Below are positions 13,469-25,600 of a stretch of DNA of 64,000 nucleotides, one piece after another. The notes under the pieces were generated by a model, which was not told the origin of the DNA, did not search any database, and saw nothing but the letters and a program-made list of their open reading frames with translations. Each line of letters starts with the position of its first letter. Positions within the stretch are counted from its first letter, which is position 1. The DNA comes from Phoronis australis (lineage: Eukaryota > Animalia > Phoronida): positions 580,698 to 644,697 of the forward strand of contig NMRA01000119.1 of assembly GCA_002633005.1 (NCBI GenBank), given 5' to 3'. Made by a program: the position numbers and the translations under genes.

Positions 13469-13619
13469 TTACGTTTTTGTTACCACCTTTACTGTCGTTG
13501 TTTGTGAAGGTTCACTGATGTCAAACACCATCCACACAAACAATTTCTTTTTCTCGAATTTCACCAGTTTTTGTTGTAGTGTACTAAGACCACCGCTTAA
13601 CTCTGACATATACTTGAAC
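13469..13619 (-). CDS. GT7 gene coding exon 6 (terminal)
   Basis: tttttccag|G FKYMSELSGGLSTLQQKLVKFEKKKLFVWMVFDISEPSQTTTVKVVTKT*; matches the RF...DGLNSL...LYTxIxVDI C-terminus of B4GalTs. Confidence 0.85.
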
Positions 13620-16600
13620 CTGGAAAAATACATTTAAATGGCTAGATGTAGGTATCATTGTTGATGTATGTTTATTTATCCCATACGCGTTGAATCTGTC
13701 GAGGGAAATACGGCCATGCAATAAAGTTTTCCGTATTCACCTTCCGCACTACTTCAAGAATGACCTCTGACATGGAAAGTTCAAAAGATAGGTCAATGTG
13801 GACTCGACGTCATTAGCCGGTTCGATCACCAAACTTTCGGAAAGTAGTTTAAAGTAATGCAAATATAGCAGTGTCAATAACGCTCAACATACAATCAGGT
13901 CTCAATCGTAACATCTGGAACAGGACTGTTGATTATATGACAGTTCTGGCTCAGTTTTCATTTGCTAAATATTTTATCGTCTGCAACTCAGGTGCTGATT
14001 CCTCGATAACTACAATATAAAATATTGTTGTCATTTACTATTTTCAGGAGATGGTTCAATGAAAAGTTACCCTTGTAATAAATTGCTGCATTTAAAACTG
14101 TTTCTTTTACTAGAGAAAACTTGCAAGCTAACGCTCATGTACATACATATAGGATGTGATCAGCCACGTGAACAGTCTGAGTGAAGTATTTAAAAAATCT
14201 GCGGAAAAAATGAAAGAAACTTAGGAATTCGAAGCGTATGGGATAAATACAAAACGTACCTCGATTGGCGTACATGAATTAATATCCCACGAGACATTAT
14301 TCCGCGTATCGACCGAGACCGATACGCGGAATAATGTCGTGTGATATTACTTCATGTACGCCACCCTCGGAAAGTTTTGTGTATGCACATTGTATACTAG
14401 ACTTATAGAAGGAATGGTAGGCGTATCTGTTGTTTAGTAAGCAGTAATGACATGTGCCAACCGCTGTTAGGAATGGTCCTGCAAAAAAGTTCGGCCGGGA
14501 CTGAGTTCCGTAGACGTAAGATACTCACAAGAAAACTTAGTGAGATATTGTGCTTAGATTAGTATCATATAGCAGAGGCTAGACGGCTCTGGAGCCTGGA
14601 ACTATGAAACGCCAAAGGGTTCTTAAACGAGTTTCCTACGAGTTGGAATGTGCTTAATCTATACGTAATTTTGCTTAATCTACTTGTACTCTTGCTTAAA
14701 TTACGCGTGTTTTTGCTTAATATACGCGTACTTTTAATTTACGTGTACATTTGCTTAATCTACACGTACTTTTAATCAGTTCATATAGTTCAATCACGCC
14801 CGTGCTCTCAAATTAAATTAAGAGCAGAAAGATGATCGTTTAAGAACTAAACGTACGTGTAGATTAAGTAAAAGTACACGTTGATTAAGCACATTTCTAC
14901 GCGCAGAAAGATACTCGTTTAAGATCCCTTTGGCGCTTCATGTGGAACGAGGCTACCATGTACTTCACCTGCAATGCAAGCAGATGTCTCGCGAAGACCT
15001 GAGTGATTTTTTGTTTTCACGAATTTCTTGCGTCTACGGAGCGTANGACATTATTCCGCGTATCGACCGAGACCGATACGCGGAATAATGTCGTGTGATA
15101 TTACTTCATGTACGCCACCCTCGGAAAGTTTTGTGTATGCACATTGTATACTAGACTTATAGAAGGAATGGTAGGCGTATCTGTTGTTTAGTAAGCAGTA
15201 ATGACATGTGCCAACCGCTGTTAGGAATGGTCCTGCAAAAAAGTTCGGCCGGGACTGAGTTCCGTAGACGTAAGATACTCACAAGAAAACTTAGTGAGAT
15301 AATGTGCTTAGATTAGTACCATATAGCAGAGGCTAGACGGCTATGACCTATTCTGACGCTTGGTCATAGAAATGACGTCAAGGGCAGAGTTTGTTCCCTC
15401 ATCGCTATGATTCTCTTTTACTTTTAGTCCTACGTTGACGTCAGCTTGTTAACGGCTACACATTAATTTCGGTGTTCGGGTATACTGCGCTATTGCTTGA
15501 GGTTCGTAAAGGCGCACCACCGATGCGACACCTATCAGACCATTTCACTCACGAGACTTTCCAAACAAGTATGTCAACTTGACTGTATTTTCTGCGCTCT
15601 GGAGCTTGGAACTATGAAACGCTAAAGGGTTCTTAAACGAGTTTCCTACGAGTTGGAATGTGCTTAATTTATACGTAATTTTGCTTAATCTACTTGTACT
15701 CTTGCTTAAATTACGCGTGTTTTTGCTTAATATACGCGTACTTTTAATCTACGTGTACTTTTGCTTAATCTACACGTACTTTTAATCAGTTCATATAGTT
15801 CAATCACGCCCGTGCTCTCAAATTAAATTAAGAGCAGAAAGATGATCGTTTAAGAACTAAACGTACGTGTAGATTAAGTAAAAGTACACGTAGATTAAGC
15901 ACATTTCTACGCGCAGAAAGATACTCGTTTAAGATCCCTTTGGCGCTTCATGTGGAACGAGGCTACCATGTACTTCACCTACAATGCAAGCAGATGTCTC
16001 GCGAAGATCTGAGTGATTTTTTGTTTTCACGAATTTCTTGCGTCTACGGAGCGTAGCTCGGACATTTATTAGTCCTCGCACGATTATGACGACATCTAAT
16101 AATTGTAGCCAACAATCCACCGGTAAGGCTTTCTCAGGAGATTAAAGAAGTGTACCACGTTTTCGTGTCTATGAAAAAACATTATTCAAAATCTTGGAGC
16201 GAAATAAGCCACCAGAAGCATTATTCTCGTGAAGCTGAGCAAACAACGAGCGCAACCACAGTAGAACACGTGCCTTAAAGATGCTATGTCTCATTAAAAC
16301 CGTGAATATTCAAATTTATTAGCAAGCGCCACCCAGCGACTGCCTGGAGAACTGTGTGTACAAGCATAACCAGGAAAAGAAACAATTTTTAAATAAACTG
16401 CGGTTTTAAAGAAAACGCATCAACCGATACACTTAAAACATATAAAAAATCCTAGTAATTCCAAATATTACATAATCTTTATTTGATAGTTAAATAAACA
16501 AATAATGAAAACACTCTCTGAATGGTTGCCTTAAGTGATTTTTGGAACAATAATGTGGGAAGTTTCATGATTTTTCACATGGAACTACTCTGTATATGGG

Positions 16601-19600
16601 TAGGTATCCTAATTCTCCTGTGGCACTCTGCATTCACAAAGATATCCTTAAAGGGGACTGGAACTCAATAAAAATACTAAATTTCAATATTGAAAGTGGT
16701 TCCCTGAATTCAGGCTGGTTTTGTTCCTAAAGATTTTTAATTTCTGTTGATATCAAAGCATTTTCTGTTAGTTTCAAATTTCAAAAAACCATCTGTCAGC
16801 TGCTCGCCACGTCGTCAATTTTCCCACAAGGCAAAGCAAGTCTCCTTATTTGGTATGGCAAGACATAGGCGTTGCATATTTCCGTGATATGGAAATTGTG
16901 ACCTTTGACCTCAAGCAACCGACTGTGAGCGCATGTGCGCATTTATCATACGTGGGAGTGAGATTAGAAACTCTATGGCAAGACATAGGCGTTGCATATT
17001 TCCGATATGGATATTGTGACCTCTGATCTTAAGCAACCGACTGCGAGCGCATGTGCACATTTATCATAAGTGGGAGTGAGATTAGAAACTCTGTGGTAAC
17101 CACAGAGTTTTTCGTTCGCGCGTATTTCAAAAATCGTGATTTTTTATTTTTTCTGGAAATTTCCTCACAGGGGAAAGTGAATTACTCTCTACAAAACGTT
17201 GTGAGACGATACTTCCGGCAGAAATACTTTAAGAGATATATTTGACGAGCTTTCGCGTTCCATGCCTCTTTAAAATTACTCTATATTCAAGTCCCTACAA
17301 GATCTCAGTAGTGTGTACAGAAGGTGAAGGCCATCGACAATTGAAGAATGGCTGCTCCGCTGACACTCCTCACGAGTCACGGTGACCACAGCAAAAACAT
17401 TCGTTATGTAATTTCATTTTGCTGTCACTTTGGACAATATTTAGCATCATGTCATTTTGCGTCCCTGGTGGGGCAAATTCTAGGTATTTGCACACACTTC
17501 TCGTCCACATTTATTAAGACGACAGGAAATCCCTTGGAAACCCCCAACAGCCTTGTAGTCACCCTAATGAAGCAAGGCACAGTTTTTATTATTTGTTTAT
17601 TTCGGTATCGAATAGCGATTGTGTAATATTTGGAACGCATGCAGATCTTACCTGATATTTGTTATGGGGTTGTCTTTGTCGTGTTCATGCTTAACCATGT
17701 GGTACTTTGCCAATGTGAGTGGAAGAGTAATCAGTTTTATGTCCTTTTTTAGTACCCTGAAATCAAACAATAACGTTAAGATTACAAACGCACTGTTCTC
17801 CAAAACAAGGTTAGAGATTATAGGCCACTGGTATTGATGGAGTTACTTTTGAAATGTTAAAATGTACCAAAACATTCATTTTGCCGATTCTGCATAAGTT
17901 GTTTAATGTAATTTTCCAGTCGGGTTTTTGAAGCCCAAGCAGAGTTCCGCAAGGGTTACACGACTGTGAATCATATTATTTTCTTTGTATGCGATATGTC
18001 AGAAACACATAAGTAAAAATGTGGCAGGTTCTATTGTGCATTTATTGGCTTTTCAAAAGCTTTTGATCGAGTACCACATAATTTACTTTTTCATAGACTT
18101 GCAAATTCATGTTCATGGTAATATGTTATCAATTCTGCGATCAATGTATAGCAAGTTGAGATCATGTGTTAAAACACGTGATGGTTTAATAGACTTATTT
18201 AATTGCACTATTGGTACTCTTCAAGGCTGTATAATAAGCCCTCTGCTATTTGTTTTGTATCTCAATGAGTTTTTAGAAAAACTCAATTCACGTAGTGAAA
18301 TAAATAGCATCTACTTAGATGAGCATGCTACAAATATTAATTCACTATTATATGCAGATGACATGGTTTTTGTGCTCTCTAACATTGTCTAACTTGCAAC
18401 GTATGTTGAATTGTCTCAATAATTATTGTGATTTCTGGGGTATGACTGAATTTAAAGAAAACCAAAATAATTGTATTTAGAAATGGCAGTCCGTTACGAC
18501 ACTGTGAGAAATGTTTTTTTAACTAACAGCAAGCTGATGCTGTATCTCATTATAAATATCTTGGTGTTTTTATCACACCTAAATTGTCATGGTCGAAAGC
18601 CACAAAAGCCTCTCTTGTCAAGCAAATAAAGCTGTATCATCTGTTTTGAAACTACAGCGCAAATGTCGCGATATGTCCCCATCACTTGTCTTTCAGTTAT
18701 TTGATAAACTGGTGTATCCAACATTGTGTTATGGTGCCGAGATTTGGGGTTTTAAAGATTACGAGTGTTTAGAAAAAATTCATATAAAAGTTTGTAAATA
18801 GGCCCTGGGACTTGGCAGTTCTTGTTCTAACGCAGCAGCATTGGGTGAATGTGGCAGATACCCTATGTTCACGAGATACTTTGTTAGCTGCATTTAAACC
18901 GGTTTAAAATTTTGAATATACCACAAGAACGTTATCCAAGGGCCGCTTACAACATGTTGCTCAGACTAGATGAAAATGCTAGACATATGTATAATTGGGC
19001 AAGCTCAGTCCGCAATTTATTGTCAATGTATGGTTTCTATGATGTTTGGGTAAACCAAGGAGTCGCGTGTCAAGAGTCGTTTGTAAATATTTTATCACAA
19101 CGTGTTAAGAACTGTGCTTTGCAAAAGTGGCAGTCCGATGTTGGTTCCAATTCTAAGTTAAACTATTACAAAATTTTAAGGTTGTATTTGAACATGAAAA
19201 CTATTTAGAAATTGATAATCTTCGAAGAGTGTTCGTGCAATCTTTTACACGTTTTCGATGTGCAAACCAGACTGGCAGTAGAAACGTAAATGTGATATAT
19301 TAAGACAGAGTGGAAATATTATGCTCGAGGAATTGTGTCGAGGATGAATACCACTTTTTGTTAGTTTGCGACGCTTTTTCCGAAATCAGAGCTAAGTTTC
19401 TAAGCGAGAGCCTCTGAGCAAGTCCCTCTTTGCTTAAAGTTCATAGACTGTTATGTAATCCCGATACATCAGTCGTGAAATATGTATACTACGCATCTAA
19501 AAAACGGAACAGCTTGTGTATTGCTGATTAGTGTGCATAGCACTCCAATGATCTTGTTTGTTTGTTTGTTGTACTTTGGACCGATGGCCATGTGAACAAA

Positions 19601-22600
19601 TCAATAAAGGAAAGAAGTTAGAGATTATTTTTTGAATATTTCACTTACATGTATGTATGAAGTATTGTCAAAATGGAATTTTTATGTTTTAAGTGTAGGA
19701 GTGACATAAACGAAAACGAGTACTTAAAAGCAACGCAAAGCGGTTGTGTGCATTCAACAGTGCATGACAAACACTATATTTCTAGGGCTGCTTTCTAGTT
19801 TCGTGATAGGTATAATGACACAGCCAGTTGACCACAATGGATAGCTGCAATAGTCAAAATTGGCAGAAAAGCGTTGGATCCCTACCGCTTAAACTAACAT
19901 CAAATAAAAAAGTTAAAAAGGTACATAGAAGTAAACGTACCACAACGGCATTGAACACTCAAAAGTTGTAGAGTGTACTATATTTCTTTTAACTATAAAT
20001 GTGAGATTTTGGAAATACAAAGAAAGACAAAGTGGCATAATTATAGGGCGCAGCACTTGATGAGATTATCTACAAAACAGAAGGGTCCCTGGGGGTGCTT
20101 CTGAGTCGAATTCGCCTGAAAATCGGCTGGTGCTGGCGCATTGCCGCCACGTACTTCTGTGTCAAGTTTCACTGAAATCCGTCGATCGGTTCTCTCGATA
20201 TCCAGAAAAGGTCTTCCTAAAAATACTGAAAAATCCCCTGTCCATTACAAAATGGCCACTAGGTGGTGCTGCAGAAATCGACATCGAAATTCGATTGTGC
20301 CCGCCCAATAAATTGTTGCCAAACACCATGGTTTCAAGTTAAATTTTACAATATATTCACGGGCAGACTGACAAGTGGCATGTACCAACATACACTTTTG
20401 TACAGAATATACTAAAAATCTGAACATTTGTTTTTGAGATATCCAGTGGACAAAAAGACAACTGGACAAAATGGTCACTAGGGAGCGCTGCAGTGTTTGA
20501 ATTTGTCAGAAAATTGACCTGTGCTGACGTATTGCATCAAATACCTCTGTGTCAAGTATCATTCAAATATGTTAATTATCTCTATATTTATCGTCTGGAA
20601 TGGCTTTTCCCAAAAGGTACCAAAAAACCTTGGTTAAAATCAAAATAACCATTTGTGTCGGCGCATTGTCACATACCTTCATGTCACATTTCATTGAAAT
20701 CCGTCTATCAGACTATTATCCGCCAGTCTGATGATACTCGTCTCAATGTTCCTAGACTCATCTGCTATGTCCCCTCAATTGGGTGTCCCCTAAAACAAAT
20801 GTTCCTCAAATCTGGTCACCCTTCTACCTGTTAATTCAATTTGTGTACGACGTCTTGGTGTGCATGAGCCCACATATGCAAAAAACGACACCTTCGGGAA
20901 CAGGGGTTAGGGCGTTGGGGACATTTTTCAATAAAATGGTGGAGTACGTGTTTGACTGGGAGGGGAAGCTTTTTAGCAATGAACTGGAGTGCCGTGCAGT
21001 GGCTGTGCTAATATTATTAATCACCAATGAAAGGCATCTTCTTTCGTGTTTAGCACAATTCGGCTGTAAGATGAGGTGGTGGAATCATAACTAGACTAAA
21101 GGAGTTTGAGAAGGCAGACACTGTTCAAGTTTGTTTGTAGATCTCGAATTTTTGTCGTACATCAATTGATTCTCACGGGTAGATGCTTGTTTAAGAAAAA
21201 AACATGAAAAACTAAGGCCAGAACACATTCCATTGGCGAATGTAAGATTTTTCAGCAGAATTTCACAGACGATTATGAAGAGCACATATAGGCACCGAGA
21301 TACCCCGCCATGGAACCCTAAAGGGGGTAACAAAACATTTTCTGAATAAAATAGAAAAAATACCTAGCTTCTAAAAACTGAATTGAAAATTATTTTTGTT
21401 TATTTAAAACGATATTACGCCCGGTTTCGGCCAATTCACAGATATTAACAGTGACTGTCCCATCCAGCTCTCTAAAACTAAATAATGATCTGTAACCCTC
21501 TTGAACCCTCAAAAGTTATATGAGTAAATCTAAACATTTCTTAGCAAGTCTGCTAAACCGGCAAGCGTTACCTAAGCCACAGGCGAGTTGCGCGATAGCA
21601 GTGGGGAACTAGGCCACCAACCAAAAACCATAACATCCATTCTGTGAGTGGGAATGCTTTCTAGTTGATTCCTGCTTGCATGACTCTTGAAATGAGACGC
21701 CAATGGAGAATTAGCAGGGTACAAAATGAGGAATTGTTGAAATCGCTATACAGGGTTTGTATCTCTTTAATGGTCACATTTTGTGTATTTTTTATTTTGA
21801 AGAAGTTATTGACAGCATTTACCCAAATCTTTGCAAGCTTTAGAACTATAAATGGATGTTCAAAGAGCATTAAATACACTTTTCTGGAGGAGTATTTATC
21901 TATAAATCAGTTTTAAGTCAAATTATTAACGACCATTGACTGAACAACTGAACGTTTGCCGTGGTATGGTCGCAGAATGAAAGGACTGGACCTACAGTCC
22001 ACGGCCTATCGCAGCAAACTCGCCTTTAGGAACGAAGCCCTGGGCTCACGCATAGTTCTACCGAAGTAAATGGGATGCAAAAATAAAAGATCAATGATAT
22101 GTACATTTGACAAAAGAAAAACTTAAGTTCTGAATGACCATGAAGTGATAAGTTTGGATTGATGGGACGCTGAAACAAGAGAAAGAATATCTTTAAAGGT
22201 TAAAAGATTACCTTCTGTAGATGTTGTCATCCTCACCACCCCAACCCCAGAATAAGTTACTGTGTCCGTCGATCTTTTCATAGACTTCAGGGGTGAACAC
22301 ACTTACACCACCAATAAACTTGTCCCAAAATTGTCTGAAACAAACGCTTCCCATCAGAATAAGAGAGATCATTTCTACCATAAGTTATCGGTGAATAGAT
22401 AAAATAAGTCGGTATGAAATATACCTAATGCGCCGACTTCTTACTTGTAATTTGCTTTGTCTATGGCCGTTCCTTGATAGCGTACTGTGCTCGGACATGT
22501 GTAGAGTATTCTCTCGTCCTCAGGTATGAGATCTACGTCATGGAAAAAGTAGCAGCTGAAATTGCCTAGTTTCTTTGCTTCCACATAGGCGGCGTTCATG

Positions 22601-25600
22601 AGCTTAGCCTTGTTGAAGACTTGTGGAGAACCCTGGAGGAAAATGAAGAAACAGTGTCTAAAACGGACAATCACTCCGATACTCAGAAATCAAGAGTCCT
22701 CCTTTGACAGGATGCACAACTAGCACTTGGCTGCTCAGAATGATTGCCTACATGAATTGAGGCGAAACCTGCGGGAAGAACTTTGACCTTATGAAACACA
22801 TTTAGAGACTGGGATCGAAAAAGCTGCGCTTTTGAACATAACTGTGTGCTACAATTACGACGGTTTGACTTAGAGACACAATGTTTTGATCATCGATGTC
22901 AGTTTGTGTTGCTTGAGCAATGCAAGCTTTTAATACGTCCAAAACCATAATCTCACGCAGCATGTCTAAATCCTGCACATTAAAGGATTTTAACCACTGC
23001 TGAAGTCATTCGGTTCTTCCTTCTGAACCTAACGAATGTCTGCGATTCTACTCTTTATAAATCCCCAAAGGTCTTTGTATAAGTCTCTGGCACCAACTCG
23101 TGAGATTGCAACATATGAGTTTTTACTATATCATAGTCTGCCGTTTCCTTAACTGAAAGCGCTGTAAACACCTCCTCATCCTTACCAGTTAAAGATGCTA
23201 CATCCTCATTAAACCCGTAAATATTCGACTTGTAGCAAGCGCCACCTAGTAACTTCCTGAGAACTGTGTACAAGAGTAATCAGGAAATAAAGCAATTTGT
23301 AAATAAATTGCGCTTTTAAAGAAAACGCAATAGCTGATACATTTAAAAACAAAACAGTGTGAACAATGAATCGACTAATGTGCCGGTCTACAAAGGCATT
23401 GGAGTAGTCAATGGCTAGTATTCAATCAAGAGGTAGATCGTATAAAACGAACCCTGGTAAATAATAGCCACACCAATGCTTTTGTATCCAGCGGCATATT
23501 AGTCGATTCATGTCAAAAACTAATTATGAATTCAATAATTAGTATTTCACGCTTGCCGTGTCCTACTGTGTACATGTATGTTACTAGCTTTTGCTCTGTG
23601 GTGGTTGTCATTTTATTTCCACTTGAGAATGAAAGTATGTTGTTGTCCTTAAATCGCATTTATTTGAATTTTACCGTTGCAATCAGACTTAGAAAACAGT
23701 CGAAACTCAAATATAGTATTTCGTACTTTGGAGTGTCCAATCTCGTGGCCGAAAACGTTCGCGTCAAGAAAATAATCATGACCATGACTTGGACTTTCAT
23801 TCCCTTTTCAAACTTTCCACGAAACTGTACTTTTTTCAAAACACTCAAACCCACTCAAAATAAAATGTTGGAAGCGTAATTGTAAAACGCTTAGCCGGGA
23901 GTGTCTCCAATGGCGGATTTATGGGGGGCAAGGGGGCCGTGTCCCTTAAATTCTCCCAGATTCCATTTGGCAATTCGGGGTGTGCATGTTTGACGGGTAA
24001 AAAACTGGCTAATACTTTGCCCTACCCCCCACAATTCAAAATCCTGCATCCTCCCTTGGTCTCACAGAAACAAACAAACAGTGGCAGCATGGCTGATCCA
24101 TTACCAAGGGGACTTAGTTCAAGAACAATCTCCTTCCCATTAAAAAACTGCATCATACGGCGTTTTTTTTGTTTTTTGTTTTTGTGTTTGTTTTGCATGA
24201 GCAGATTTCTGTCTCATCCCGTACCTTTAAAGCGCTGCATGGCGACACAAACACTGTTTTGGCGCCATTAAAATGCACGTTTTCACACCCTCCGCCCAAA
24301 GGCCTTACTCGAGACGGCCACAGCAAATAAATTTAGGGAAAAGCATTCGTAATTTTCACATTCACATTTAGTAGGTCTTGAGTCACCCAGGAATTCCATG
24401 ATTTCCGATGTACTTACTAGGAACGCAGGTAAATACTCAGTCCACAGACAGGTTGTTTTATCCACACAATTTACATTTAGCGTTACAAAATTGATATGTC
24501 TCGGAGCACTCGATGAATTTTCTGTAGTTGTGTGGAATCTTATGAACCGGTGCAAGGTGTGTGTAGGCCCTCGTTTTTGTGCGGTCACGCCTCGATCGTG
24601 TTATAGCTTAATGTTTTGTCCATTAGTGAATCCGGCGTGGATGTTCAGAATGCCCCCCTGTAGAACATGTCCACCTGCACGTATTTTAATGCTAGAATAC
24701 GGGTCCGTTCTTCAGTGAATTACCTGGATGCCGCATCCATTCATGTAGGTAGGACATATTACAGGAGCCGGGGACATTTACTTTCACGCTGCCACTGAGC
24801 CCGCAAAATCTGATTCTTTGCTATGACATGGATCGGCGTGGGGCCGCGTAGTCGTGGGGCCTCCGCACAAGTGCCACAGTGAACCCTGGGGAGAAGACGG
24901 CACTGGCACACACACCCACCGCATCCGATCACTACACAAATTTGTCTGTCGTTAGAACGACGGAAATAGCGGCATTGTTTTCACATCAGTGTCAAGTTAT
25001 TTTTTTAATGGAAATTTCATTATTGGATATTTATTGGTTGCTGATCTCAATATAAATACTTATCATTGCAGCTTTCCTGGAGGCGAGTTATAGTTCTATC
25101 CGATCTCGGGGCCGCGGACTCGCACAATCGTCTCTGCGGTTCTAAACTGACTACAGGCACAAATTGACCGCAGTCTTTATTATCTGACAGGTTATTGGGG
25201 ACCGTAGGTACATGCATGCACCAAATACTCCTGAAACTGTTAGCAGTTAGGTACACGAACTCAACACGCTAACCGGACGAGATTCAAGCCTCGTTTTGGC
25301 ATTAGAATGTCAACCGTCCATAAATCTTAAATTAAATTTATATATTAAAACGCTAACTTTGGACCCGGATTTTGGCTTGGACTCCGCCGGTCAAAAACAA
25401 CTAGAGAACGGCCGCGAGGACACCCTCCCCCACCCGACGCCTAATTCTTATTCGTTCCCGCGACGGAAAAGGGGCGGGTTCTGCTACTCTTTTTTACTTT
25501 CTTCTTACCAAATCGTGACTTCCGTCGATCCAACGAATGCGCTTCTTTCTCGAAGTCAAATTACTATTCGGCGGGTATTCGTCCGCCCCTTGCGTTTTCA

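Noticed and set aside
14650-14890. CRISPR-like array (also the repeats at 40960-41330)
   Set aside because: Degenerate tandem units without unique spacers, no cas genes, eukaryotic TE context.
21661-21884. Minus-strand ORF after an AG, as a possible GT7 exon
   Set aside because: No GT7 similarity; 17652-17756 supplies the expected motif in the correct phase.
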